From contig CAVVXN010000004.1 in assembly GCA_963752285.1 (NCBI GenBank), positions 78,918-142,917 on the forward strand: a stretch of DNA of 64,000 bases, in the 5' to 3' direction. The notes beneath the pieces were generated by a model that was not told where the DNA came from, searched no databases, and saw only the letters and a program-made list of their open reading frames with translations. Position 1 is the stretch's first letter. Every line of letters starts with the position of its first letter. This document shows positions 1-16,412 of this stretch, in pieces. A program made the translations under genes and the position numbers. Origin of the DNA: an uncultured Planctomycetota bacterium. Its GTDB lineage: Bacteria > Planctomycetota > PLA2 > JAEUHO01.

Positions 1-37
1 TGGAAGGCGTCTCGTCTGCCCCCCTACGGAGGATGTC

Positions 38-352
38 ATGCCCAAGCTCATTCCGATTCTCTGCTGCGTCGTTGCCGTCGTCGCCTGGACCACCGTGCCC
101 GCGCTCGCGTGCCCGGACCTCCACGTCGGCGCCGGCGTCGCGACGCACCCGTCCCCGACGTACTACGCCCCGCGCAGCACCCGGCCCTATCCGAGCAGCG
201 GGTACGACTACGCCGCGCCGGCCTACTATTCGTATCCACGGACGTACTACGCGCCGGGCTACTACGGCTCGTACGGCGCGTACGGCTACCCGGGCTCCTA
301 CTACGGGCCTCGCGCCGGCGTGGGCCTCGGCATCGGCATCGGCATTCGTTGA
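38..352 (+). CDS. small secreted Tyr/Gly/Pro-rich protein
   Basis: GGAGGA RBS at ~29-34; signal-peptide-like N-terminus ending ALA; low-complexity YYAP/YGxYG body; C-terminal GVGLGIGIGIR. Confidence 0.75.
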   Translation: MPKLIPILCCVVAVVAWTTVPALACPDLHVGAGVATHPSPTYYAPRSTRPYPSSGYDYAAPAYYSYPRTYYAPGYYGSYGAYGYPGSYYGPRAGVGLGIGIGIR

Positions 353-365
353 CTCGCCTGGCCGG

Positions 366-390
366 CCGGGACCCGCTTCGCGGATCCCGG
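366..390. terminator. hairpin between convergent genes
   Basis: ccgggacccgc-ttc-gcggatcccgg between stops at 352 (+) and 454 (-). Confidence 0.45.
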
Positions 391-453
391 TCCCTGCGGG
401 CCGGCTCGCGCGTCGCGGGCCGGCCCGCTCTTCGGTGGGGTCGGCGCTCGCGG

Positions 454-6800
<6,347 letters not shown>

Positions 6801-9334
6801 CGGATTCCCTCCGCAGCGCGCGCCGCAGGTCGTGCGGCGACGCCGGCTTGATCAGGTAGTGATCGAATCCCGCCGCGGATCCCTCGCGGCGGTCCTCCTC
6901 GCGGCCGTATCCCGTGAGCGCCACGAGCCGGGGCGCGTCGTCTCCCAGGAGCTCGTGCACACGGCGGGCGACGGCGAAGCCGTCCATCTCGGGCATCGAG
7001 ATGTCCACGAGGGCCACGTCCGGTCGCTGCTCCTGGATGAGCGCCACGCCCTCCGCGCCGTTCGAGGCGACGCGGACGTCCACGCCCCATTCCTGCAGGA
7101 GGACGGTCGTGGACAGCCGGACGTCGTTCTCGTCCTCGACGAGGACGACGCGCAGGCCCGGCTCCAGGGGAATGTCCGTATCCACGGGGGCGGGCGCGAC
7201 CTCCGCCGCCGCGGGCGCGAGGGGGAGTCGGACGACGAACTCGCTGCCGAGGTCCTCTCCCGGGCTCGCCGCCCGGACGGTCCCGCCATGCAGGGTCACG
7301 AGCTGACGGACGAGCGTGAGGCCGATTCCGAGGCCGCGCCCGTCTCCCCGCTGCTGGACGAAGATGTCGAAGACCCGCTCCAGGAGGTCGGCAGGGATCC
7401 CGCGGCCGTTGTCCGCCACGCGCACGACCGCGTCGGAGGCCTCGCGCTCGAGCACGAGGTGGATCCGGCCGCCATGCGGCGTGTAGCGCACCGCGTTGTT
7501 GAGGAGGTTGCTGACGATCTGGACCAGGCGGACCGCGTCCCCGTCCACGACGAGGGGCTCCGGCGCCACGTCCACCGCGAGCACGTGCCGGCGTTCGTCC
7601 ACGAGGTTTCGCACGCTCTCCACGGCCTGGGTCAGCGTGTTCCGCAGCTCGACCCGCTCCTTGCGGAGCACGATCTTCCCCTGGGAGATGCGCGAGACGT
7701 CGAGCAGGTCGTCCACGAGACGGACGAGGTGGCGCACCTGTCGGTCCATGCAGTCGCACAAATGCCGCTGCGAGTCCGGAGGCAGCGAGCGCCCGCGGAG
7801 GACGGCGACGCCGGTGAGGATAGGGGAGAGGGGGTTCCGCAGCTCGTGCGCGAGGACCGCGAGGAACCGGTCCTTGCGCTGGCTCTCCTCGCGAAGCGCG
7901 TCGGCCTCCCAGCGCTGGCGCTCCTCGGTCATCCTGCGCTCGAGCTCCCGCCGCTCGAGCTCGCGCAGGCGGTTGGCCTGCCGCTGGACCTCGGCGGTGC
8001 GCTCCTGGAGCTGGACGAAGACCGAAACCTTCGCGCGGAGCACCTCCGGCACGATCGGCTTGAACAGAAAGTCCACGGCGCCGAGGCGGTACCCGTGGAG
8101 GATCTCCGCGTCCTCCTGGGGATAGGCCGAGACGAAGATGATGGGAACATGGCGCGATCGGGGTCGCGAGCGGATGAGCCGGGCCGTCTCGAACCCGTCG
8201 AGCCCCGGCATGCGCACGTCGAGGAGGATCAGCGCGAAATCCCGCTGGAGCAGGGCCCGAAGCGCCGCCCGTCCCGAGTCCACGAGCACGAGCTCTCTTC
8301 CGAGGTCTTCGAGCGTCGCCTCGATCGCCGCGAGGTTGGCCGGGTCGTCATCGACGACGAGGATGTCGCCCGATCGAGCATCGGCGCACATCTCCGCGGG
8401 GTCATAGACCCCCGGCGTCTCGCCGGTGGGCTCGGTCAAAGGCGGATCCTCCCCGGTCTGGCTCCGTCGCGGCGCGCGGCCACGACACGCGACCGGCAGC
8501 CGCAATTCTGGTACCGGGCCGAGGGCCCGCACAATCGCGCGGCTCCGGGCCGAAAGCCCGGCAATTCGTGCCGCGTCCACGCGCACGCGGGGCGCACCGC
8601 GTGCACGACGTGCGATCGGGGAGGGGGCGCCGGCGCGGTCCCGCGGGATGTGGTGGGCCCAATGACCCGGCCGTCATCGACCTCCGCCCGGCTCACGGGT
8701 TCCGATCGCTCGGGCCGCCCCGTCCGGAGGCGTGCGTCGCCCGGCGCGGCGCCGCGCGGCCGCCGAGGAAGGTGCGGTCGGGTCCCGGCGGACCCGACCG
8801 CGGCGCAGCATCTTCGAACTCCACACCGACTCACTGACATCGGTCATCGGACATCCATTTCATCTTCGCGTCGTTCACCCCGCGTCCGGTGACGCACAGT
8901 ACGGATCCATCTCCACCCAACGCGCACGAACGACCTCACTTCGGTTGCTGTGGCCGACGCTCGGGGGTCGATCCCAGGTTCGGCCCTTTACCGACGAGAG
9001 CCCCGCCCAAGCAACGTCCGGGCCAATGGCGTCCGCCCCGCCCGCGCCGCGAGCTCACGCGAGGACGCGGGGGGCCCGCGCCCGCCCGGAACCCCCGGGA
9101 GAGCACGATGCGCATCGGCGGCTGCACCCTTCGTGCAGTCGCTGCACGCGCGCTTCAAGTCGCGGAGGCGGGTCGATGGCCCCCGAAGCCGAGAGCGGGG
9201 GCCGGTCTCCGCGCCGTGCGCACGTCGAGGCACGCACCTTGCGGTTGCCGGCCGACCGCATCGGCGCCGAGCGTAGTCGTTGGGCCGGGGAGCGTTCCGA
9301 TGCCGCATCCTCCCGGCGTGCTGGAGCGTGAATC

Positions 9335-10990
9335 ATGAGATGTCGAACTGGATGGATGATCTTCGCCGCGTCGCTGCTCACATGGGCGGCGGTCCCGGCG
9401 TTCGCGGACGACGCGCCCGCGGGACCGAACCCCGCCGCGACGGCAGGGCCGGCTTCGGTCTCGACGACGGTCGATGCGAACGACCAGATCGGTCCGCCCC
9501 CTGCCGTGCCCTCGCAGCCGTTCGAGGACTCGGGGGCGTCGCGGAGCCCCAACCCCGCCGCGGCCGAGGACGAGCCGTCCTCGGAGAACCTGCCCGGCGA
9601 CGACCAGGGCGAGAACCCGAACGAAGGCCGGCTGCCCGAGGGTCAGGAACCCGAAAGGGAGCAGCCCGCGGACCAGACGCCGCAGGGCCAGGCCGGGACG
9701 GGTGAGGTCCCGCTCTGCGGTGGGTGCATGTCCCGGCAGCCCGTGGGGGGATGCGCGTCCGTCACGTGCGCGCCCACGTGCAGCCAGCCGCGCTGCGCCT
9801 ACGTACCCTGTCACTACGAGACCCGGAGCCGCGAGGTGACGTGCCCGGCCGTGACGTGCCAGCGTCGCGTCCCCGAGTACGAGAACGTCGAGGTGCCCGT
9901 CTACCAGAAGGTCTGCACACCCTGCTACCAGAACGTGGAGATCCCCGTGTACGCCACGCGGGAGGTTCCCGTCTACACGACGCGCAAGGTGCCGGAGTAC
10001 GAGAACGTGGAGGTCGCGTGCTACGCGACGCGCCAGGTTCCCGTCTACACCACGCGGAAGGTGCCGGAGTACGAGAACGTGGAGGTCGCGTGCTACGCGA
10101 CGCGCCAGGTTCCCATCTACACCACGCGGAAGGTGCCGGAATTCCAGAACGTGGAGATCCCCGTCTACGCGACGCGTTGCATCCCCGAGTACGAGAACGT
10201 CGAGGTCCCCGTCTACGCGACGCGGTGCGTCCCGACCTACTGCGACGTCGAGGTGCCCGAGTACGACACGCGGCAGGTGCCGATCACCCGCGCCGTCTGC
10301 GATCCCTGCACGGGCCAGACGAGCGAGGTGGCGTGCGGCATGCGGACCGAGACGTACCAGTGCGGCACGCACACCGAGAAGCGGGTGTCCGGTCAGCGCA
10401 CGGAGACCTTTACGTGTTCGACGAGGACGGAGCGTCGCCTCAAGGGGCAGCGCACCGAGACGTACCAGTGCGGCACGCGGACGGAGCGTCGCTGCTCGGG
10501 CTACCGTGACGAGCAGGTCCTTTGCGGATACCGCCCCGAGCGCTACCAGTCCGGCACGCGTACCGAACAGCGCTTCAAGGACTACCGGTCCGAGCAGGTC
10601 CTCTGCGGCTACCGGCCCGAGCAGTACCAGTCGGGCACGCGCACCGAGAAGCGCCTCACGGGCTACCGCTCGGAGCAGGTCCAGTGCGGCACGCGCCGGG
10701 AGTGCTACCAGAACGGAACCCGCACGGAGCAGCGCCAGGTCGGCACCCGGACTGAGGTCGTGTGCACCGGCTCCCGCACCGAACGCCGCCTGTCGGGCTA
10801 CCGGACCGAGGAGGTGACCGTGCGCCCCGCGTCCACGCGGACCGTCCAGGAGCCGGTGATGGTCGCCGGCGGCTGGGTCACGGTCGTCCCCGAGGGACGG
10901 ACCGACGGCGTGAGCCCGCTCCCCGGCACCCGGAAGGTCCTCTCCCAGACCGAGTTCGAGCAGGTGACCCTTAGCGTTCCGGCGCGGTAG
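9335..10990 (+). CDS. secreted Cys/Pro/Tyr/Thr-rich repeat protein (predicted giant beta-hairpin)
   Basis: Signal peptide ending VPAFA, acidic disordered linker, Cys-rich segment, then 8-aa and 9-aa repeat blocks around DPCTG. Confidence 0.85.
   Translation: MRCRTGWMIFAASLLTWAAVPAFADDAPAGPNPAATAGPASVSTTVDANDQIGPPPAVPSQPFEDSGASRSPNPAAAEDEPSSENLPGDDQGENPNEGRLPEGQEPEREQPADQTPQGQAGTGEVPLCGGCMSRQPVGGCASVTCAPTCSQPRCAYVPCHYETRSREVTCPAVTCQRRVPEYENVEVPVYQKVCTPCYQNVEIPVYATREVPVYTTRKVPEYENVEVACYATRQVPVYTTRKVPEYENVEVACYATRQVPIYTTRKVPEFQNVEIPVYATRCIPEYENVEVPVYATRCVPTYCDVEVPEYDTRQVPITRAVCDPCTGQTSEVACGMRTETYQCGTHTEKRVSGQRTETFTCSTRTERRLKGQRTETYQCGTRTERRCSGYRDEQVLCGYRPERYQSGTRTEQRFKDYRSEQVLCGYRPEQYQSGTRTEKRLTGYRSEQVQCGTRRECYQNGTRTEQRQVGTRTEVVCTGSRTERRLSGYRTEEVTVRPASTRTVQEPVMVAGGWVTVVPEGRTDGVSPLPGTRKVLSQTEFEQVTLSVPAR
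9869..10822 (+). repeat. 18x24-bp (VPxYxxxx) block and 18x27-bp (GxRTExxxx) block
   Basis: Units counted from the translation: 9869-10300 and 10337-10822; near-identical 72-bp DNA copies at 9966-10037 and 10038-10109. Confidence 0.9.
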
Positions 10991-11008
10991 GGATGCCTTC
11001 CCGAAGGT

Positions 11009-11047
11009 GAGAGCGGGCCGCGGGCCTGTGGCTCGCGGCCCGCTCTC
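11009..11047 (+). terminator. 18-bp stem hairpin after the repeat-protein gene
   Basis: gagagcgggccgcgggcc-tgt-ggctcgcggcccgctctc; no long U-tract. Confidence 0.6.
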
Positions 11048-11076
11048 CTGCCCGCACCCGCTTTCCGGAGGTTTCC

Positions 11077-11568
11077 ATGCGCATTCTCCAGAGACACTCG
11101 CCCCGAGACCGAAGCGCGGGCGACCGCGCCGCGAGCCGAGACTGGTGCGAGTGCCTCGAGGGCGTCGTGCACGCGAGCCTCGAGATCTCCCAGGCCCGGG
11201 TCCTCCTCGCCGCGGGCGAGTCCGACGAGGACCTCCGCGGCACGACGATGCGCAGGGCGCTCGAGGAGCGAGGCTGGGCCGAGGCGCTCCACCGCGAGGC
11301 GGGGGCGTTCCTCGCGCGCGGACCCCGCGCGGTCCGCCCGCTCGCCGTGCGACCCAGCGCCCGCCGGATGCGACGTGCCCTGCTCGCCGGGGACCCCATC
11401 CTGCTCGAGCGTGCGCTCGCGGTCGACGTGCGACGACTCGCGCACGGCTGCCGCCGATTGCTCCGGAGGCTCGACACCCCGGAGTCCGTCCGGCGTCTCC
11501 TCGCGCAGCGCGTCGCCGACCTCGACGACCTGGAGACCGGCCGACTGCCACCGTCCCGGGCGGGATGA
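11077..11568 (+). CDS. hypothetical protein
   Basis: GGAGG RBS 5 nt upstream; helical-looking composition; no recognised motif. Confidence 0.5.
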   Translation: MRILQRHSPRDRSAGDRAASRDWCECLEGVVHASLEISQARVLLAAGESDEDLRGTTMRRALEERGWAEALHREAGAFLARGPRAVRPLAVRPSARRMRRALLAGDPILLERALAVDVRRLAHGCRRLLRRLDTPESVRRLLAQRVADLDDLETGRLPPSRAG

Positions 11569-11613
11569 CGGGCGCGCGGGCACACGACCCGGCGCCGCCG
11601 AGCGGACGCCTCC

Positions 11614-11880
11614 TCAGAACCGGAAGCGCCCCCAGCGCCAGGATCCCAGGTCGAGGACGACCGCGAGGACCATCACGAGCAGCCAGAAGCTCCCGTGGAC
11701 CCCGCCGGCGGTATTGACGGCCACCGCGTACGCGAGCGTCGTGGTCGGCGCGACGACGAACCCGACGAGCGGGAGGAGCAGGCCCGTGTAGACGCGCGCC
11801 AGGTAGCTCGTGAACAACGCGAGCACGATCAGCACCGCGCGCGGGGCCAGGAGTCCGATGATCGCGAGGAGAATGGGCAT
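11614..11880 (-). CDS. small integral membrane protein
   Basis: 88 aa with about three hydrophobic segments (PR...GF..P.TTLAY pattern); GGAG RBS. Confidence 0.8.
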   Translation of the reverse strand: MPILLAIIGLLAPRAVLIVLALFTSYLARVYTGLLLPLVGFVVAPTTTLAYAVAVNTAGGVHGSFWLLVMVLAVVLDLGSWRWGRFRF

Positions 11881-12223
11881 GTGCGCTCCGGCTGGGGATT
11901 GCCCGACTGCGGCGAGCCGCGTGCCACGTCCGGCCGCGACCGAGGAGCCTGGAGGACAAAGGTCGCGCGGGAGCGCAGGACCCTAGTCCCCCAGCGCCCC
12001 GAGACCCATCCTCCGTTCCCAGGCCCGGAACGCGTTCCCGTTCGGACGGCGCGCTCGGCGGTGGGGAGTCGTCCGGTTCCCGACGGTTCGCGTCCCGGCT
12101 AGGATTCCGGTGCCGGGAGTTCGGTTTGGCACCCGCCTCGCTCGTGGCCGATCGCTCGGGGGCGAGGCAGGACGCCGTAGCGTCCCGGCGAGAAAATGAC
12201 ACCCGCGAACGGAGCGGGTGACG

Positions 12224-14197
12224 ATGTCACCCGAGGAGAGGCCCATCGAACCCGGAGCGTCGCTCCCGCTGGACGCCCACGCGTGGCACGTGGTGGAGGC
12301 GGTCGTCGCTTCGGTGACCGACTACGCGGTGTTCGTGCTCGACCCTCAAGGCCACGTGCTCACGTGGAACGCCGGCGCGGAACGAATGAAGGGATACACG
12401 CGGTCCGAGATCCTCGGGTCCCACTTCTCGCGCTTCTACCCGCCGCCGGAGAAGGCGCGCCGCGTCCCCGACCACGAGCTCGAGGTCGCAGCCCGCGAGG
12501 GCCGGTTCGAGGACGAGGGCTGGCGGCTCCGCAAGGACGGGTCGGCCTTCTGGGCGAGCGTCGTCATCACCGCGATCCGCGACGAACGCGGCGCGCTCGC
12601 GGGGTACCTGAAGATCACTCGGGACCTCACGGCTCGTCGCGCCCAGGAACAGGCCCTCGCGGAGAGCGAGGAGCGGTTCCGGCTCCTCCTCGAGGGCGTG
12701 GCCGACTACGCGATCTACATGATCGACGTGGACGGTCGCGTGATGAGCTGGAACTCCGGGGCGGAGCGCATCAAGGGCTACTCCGCCCACGAGGTCCTCG
12801 GCCGCAACTGGTCGATGTTTCATCCGCCCGAGGCGGTGGAGGCCGGCCAGCCGGAGGACATCGTCGAGCAGGCGCGGGTGGTCGGGCGGGCTGAGGACGA
12901 GGGCTGGCGCATGCGCCGCGACGGCACGCGGTTCTGGGCGAGCTCCATCCTGACGCGACTCCTCGACGGGGGCGGCCGGCTCCGCGGGTTCGCCGAGGTC
13001 ACGCGCGATTTGACCGAGCGGCGGCGGGCGAAGGCCCTCGAGGAATCCGGTCGCCGCACGAACGAGTTCCTCGCCATGCTGTCGCACGAGCTCCGAAACC
13101 CGATGGCGCCCATCCGAAACGCCGTGGCGCTGATGGCCGAGCGGGAGGTCTCCGACCCCATGATCGCGTGGGCGTGCGAGGTGATCGAGCGACAGACGCA
13201 ACTCCTCGGCCGGCTCGTGGACGACCTGCTGGACATCAGCCGCGTGACGCTCGGGAAGATCCGGCTGGAACGCGTCGGGCTCGACCTCGTCGAGGTCGCG
13301 AGGAGCGCGGTGGAGACGGTACGCCCCCTCGTCGAGACGCACCGCCACCGGCTGGAGGTGATCCTGCCCCCCGAACCCCTCTTCGTGCTCGGGGACGGGA
13401 CCCGGCTCGTCCAGGCGGTGGTGAACCTGCTCACGAACGCCGCGAAGTACACGCCCGACGGCGGAGAGGTCCGCCTGACGGTGGCGCAGGAGGGGAGCGA
13501 CGCGGTGCTGCGCGTGCGGGACACGGGTGTCGGGATGTCCCGCGACCAGATCGCGCGCGCGTTCGACCTCTTCGTGCAGGGGGACCGGAGCCTCGACCGG
13601 ACCGACGGCGGCCTCGGGGTCGGCCTCACGCTGTCGCGCCGACTGGTCGAGATGCATGGTGGCACCCTGCTCGCCTCGAGCGACGGGCCCGGCACGGGGA
13701 CGGAGTTCACGATTTGGCTTCCGCTTGCCGAAGTCGAGGCGTCCACGTCCGGCGCTTCGGCGGCCGGCGCCGGGGCGCCGGCCGCCGACAGCCCGGCGGG
13801 TGGTGGTGCGTGCGCGCTCTCCGGGCGTGTGCTCGTCGTGGACGACAACGAGGACGCCGCCGAGAGCACGGCGATGCTGCTCCGCATGTGGGGCCTCGAG
13901 GTCGAGACCGCGCACGACGGGGTCCAGGGACTCCAGCTCGCCGCGAGCTTCAAACCGCGATACGTGATGCTCGACCTGGGCCTGCCGCGTATGGACGGCT
14001 ACGAGGTCGCACGTCGCATTCGGCAGACGCCCGGGCTCGGGGAGAACGTCCTGCTCGTCGCGCTGACGGGCTACGGCCAGCCCGAGGACCTCGAAGGCAC
14101 GCGCCGGGCGGGGTTCGACCACCATCTCACGAAGCCGGTGGACCCGGAGCTTCTCCAGCGGCTGCTGCTCGACGCGGGCGGCGTGCCGACCGCGTGA
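12224..14197 (+). CDS. PAS-PAS hybrid sensor histidine kinase/response regulator
   Basis: Two DYA..WNxGAERxKGY..EDEGWR PAS/PAC units, LSHELRNP, NAAKYT, GGLGVGL, C-terminal REC. Confidence 0.93.
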   Translation: MSPEERPIEPGASLPLDAHAWHVVEAVVASVTDYAVFVLDPQGHVLTWNAGAERMKGYTRSEILGSHFSRFYPPPEKARRVPDHELEVAAREGRFEDEGWRLRKDGSAFWASVVITAIRDERGALAGYLKITRDLTARRAQEQALAESEERFRLLLEGVADYAIYMIDVDGRVMSWNSGAERIKGYSAHEVLGRNWSMFHPPEAVEAGQPEDIVEQARVVGRAEDEGWRMRRDGTRFWASSILTRLLDGGGRLRGFAEVTRDLTERRRAKALEESGRRTNEFLAMLSHELRNPMAPIRNAVALMAEREVSDPMIAWACEVIERQTQLLGRLVDDLLDISRVTLGKIRLERVGLDLVEVARSAVETVRPLVETHRHRLEVILPPEPLFVLGDGTRLVQAVVNLLTNAAKYTPDGGEVRLTVAQEGSDAVLRVRDTGVGMSRDQIARAFDLFVQGDRSLDRTDGGLGVGLTLSRRLVEMHGGTLLASSDGPGTGTEFTIWLPLAEVEASTSGASAAGAGAPAADSPAGGGACALSGRVLVVDDNEDAAESTAMLLRMWGLEVETAHDGVQGLQLAASFKPRYVMLDLGLPRMDGYEVARRIRQTPGLGENVLLVALTGYGQPEDLEGTRRAGFDHHLTKPVDPELLQRLLLDAGGVPTA

Positions 14198-14373
14198 CCC
14201 GTGCGCCGCGGCGTCGCGGATCCGCCCGCTTCACCCGTCGCGCGACGTGCGGAGCCAGCCCACCCCGAGCGCGAGCAACGCGAGCGCGAGGGCCAAGGCG
14301 CCTGAGAACGCGAGGTACACCAGCGCGTTCGGCCGGATGGCGTCGGGGCTCGGGACCGAGAGGAGGTCGCGAC

Positions 14374-15078
14374 GTGGTGCTCGTGGGGACGACGATTGGG
14401 CCCGGCGCGCTCGAGGGTGCGCCCACGCTCTGGTACGAGGCCGACGTCGCGTCGGCGCCCGCGCTCCTGCTCTTCCTCGACGGGGAGCTCTACCGCGACC
14501 GAGTCGGAGCCGAGGCCAGCGTGGACCGCGCGCGCGCCGATCGAACCCTCGGGGCGCACGCCGACGCGCGGTGCGCGTTCGTCGCGCACGGGGGGCCCGA
14601 GGCGAGGCACGCCGACTTCACGTGTCGCTCCGCGTACAACCGGTTCCTCCTCGAGGAGGTCCTGCCGCGGCTCGGGCGCGCGCCCAGGACACGGCGGACG
14701 GTGCTCGTGGGGCTCAGCCTCTCGGGGCTCGCCGCGGCGTACGCCCATCTCTCGCACCCGGACGCGTTCTCGTGCGCCGTCTCGCAGTCGCCCTCCGCGT
14801 GGTGGGACGATGGATGGTTCGCCCGCCACCTCGTGGACCTCGCCCCGTCGCGCGCGCGCCTCTACCTCTCGGTGGAGAGGCAGGAGACGGAGCGCGACGT
14901 GCGCCATCCGCCGACGGCCCTGCACCAGGCGACGGGCCAGCTCGACTCGGTCACGCACCTCGCCGAGGTGCTCCCGTCCGAGGGCGCGAGTGTCTCGTTC
15001 TCGACGTTCGACGGCGGGCACGACCCGGCGTGCTGGGCTGCACAGCTCCCCGCGGCCCTCGCGTGGGCCGGTGCTTGA
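14374..15078 (+). CDS. alpha/beta-hydrolase esterase (Fes/putative esterase-like)
   Basis: LLFLDGE, GLSLSG nucleophile motif, SQSPSAWW, FDGGHD; GAGGAGG RBS before GTG 14374. Confidence 0.8.
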   Translation: MVLVGTTIGPGALEGAPTLWYEADVASAPALLLFLDGELYRDRVGAEASVDRARADRTLGAHADARCAFVAHGGPEARHADFTCRSAYNRFLLEEVLPRLGRAPRTRRTVLVGLSLSGLAAAYAHLSHPDAFSCAVSQSPSAWWDDGWFARHLVDLAPSRARLYLSVERQETERDVRHPPTALHQATGQLDSVTHLAEVLPSEGASVSFSTFDGGHDPACWAAQLPAALAWAGA

Positions 15079-15086
15079 AACACGGT

Positions 15087-15569
15087 TCAGCCGAACCAGC
15101 GCTTCCGCATCTCGCGTCCGATTGGAGCCGCGTTCGCGACGTTCGCCGCCGTCATCCCGTCCGCGCCGCGGGGCGCCGACGCGCCGCCACCCCCCCGCGG
15201 CTCGTCGGCCGCGGGGGGAAGGGGCTCGGGTGAGGGCCGCCCGCGGACGAGGGAGATCACCAAGTGTCCGGTGTAGCCGAGCGCGAGCACGAGGCCGCTC
15301 GTCACGAGCACGCAGAGGGTGGGGCGGTACAGGAAGCCGGCGACCGCCGCGATGATCATCGTCGGGAAGTAGCCTGGCCACGTGCGGCGCCCGGCGAGGA
15401 GCCCCGCGAAGATCGCCGGGAGCGGGGAGAGAAGCAGGTCCGACCCTGCGCGCTCGCGCGGAGGCGCCTCGCGCGGGGGGAGAGAGGGCGCGCCCGGGGT
15501 CCGCGCCGGCGGTGCCCTCGGGGCCGGTCCGCGGCGCGGCGTGAACCTCCGTGCCGGCGCCGGTGCCAC
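15087..15569 (-). CDS. hypothetical membrane protein (start uncertain)
   Basis: Hydrophobic core LLLSPLPAIFAGLL...IIAAVAGFLY...LVLALGY. Confidence 0.4.
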   Translation of the reverse strand: MAPAPARRFTPRRGPAPRAPPARTPGAPSLPPREAPPRERAGSDLLLSPLPAIFAGLLAGRRTWPGYFPTMIIAAVAGFLYRPTLCVLVTSGLVLALGYTGHLVISLVRGRPSPEPLPPAADEPRGGGGASAPRGADGMTAANVANAAPIGREMRKRWFG

Positions 15570-15588
15570 GGTGGGTGACGGAGGGTCG

Positions 15589-16407
15589 ATGCCGACGGAT
15601 CCGGAGCTCCTCTACCGGCTCGCCCCGCGGGACGAGTCCGCCTTCGACGCGCTCGTCGCGCGTCACGCCGGGGCGGCCCGGCGACGCGCGGAGGAGCTGC
15701 GCCTCTCGCTCGCGGGGCACGTCGCGCGCGATCCGTCGGTGCTGACGCGCGTCCTGGCGCACGCCCCGGTCTTCGGTCTCGCGCTCCTGTCGCGGTCCAA
15801 GGCCGGGCGGCAGGAGGTCGAGCGTCTGGCCGAGGGACGGGTGGACGCGCCCGACGGGTTCGTCACGAAGGCGGGCCTCGGCCGTGCGCTCTTGGCCCTC
15901 GCCCAGCGGGCCGGCGCGCGCGCGGCGCTGGACGCCGCGGACCGGCTGCTCGCGCCGGGCCTCGAGGTCGCGCGGGGCTCCGGGGCGTCGATCTCGCCCT
16001 TCGCCGACGCGTGGCTCGACGCGCCGGAGGACGAGGGCGAGGCGTCACTCCTGGAACGGATCGAGTCCTCGCGCGCGTTCGAGGACGACCTACTCGGTCC
16101 CCAGCTCCTGGCGGTCCTGAGCGGCGCGCGAGGGACCCCCGGGTGGCTGCTCGGGTTCCTCCGGCCGCCCGTGGACCGGCTCCTCGCCGCGGGTTCGATG
16201 CGCGCGGCCTTGGCCGAGGTCGCGTGGGAGCTCGCCGAGCGCACCTACGAGGCGAAGCGCGCCGCGCTCCCGACGAGCTACGGAGTGCGGTCGCGAGCCG
16301 CGCGCTCGAGGCGACCCGGCGTCGTGTTCGCGCAGGCGGCCTCGTCCGGCGAGTCCGACCCGCTCCGGGACCCCTGGACCCGGCTCTTCGTCGGGCTCCC
16401 CGAGTGA
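15589..16407 (+). CDS. hypothetical protein with ECF-sigma-like N-terminal segment
   Basis: GGAGG RBS; MPTDPELL..DESAFDALVARH resembles ECF sigma N-termini; remainder not recognised. Confidence 0.55.
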   Translation: MPTDPELLYRLAPRDESAFDALVARHAGAARRRAEELRLSLAGHVARDPSVLTRVLAHAPVFGLALLSRSKAGRQEVERLAEGRVDAPDGFVTKAGLGRALLALAQRAGARAALDAADRLLAPGLEVARGSGASISPFADAWLDAPEDEGEASLLERIESSRAFEDDLLGPQLLAVLSGARGTPGWLLGFLRPPVDRLLAAGSMRAALAEVAWELAERTYEAKRAALPTSYGVRSRAARSRRPGVVFAQAASSGESDPLRDPWTRLFVGLPE

Positions 16408-16412
16408 GCGGT

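Noticed and set aside
8600-9330. Riboswitch or small ORF in the long divergent intergenic region
   Set aside because: No recognisable aptamer consensus and no convincing ORF
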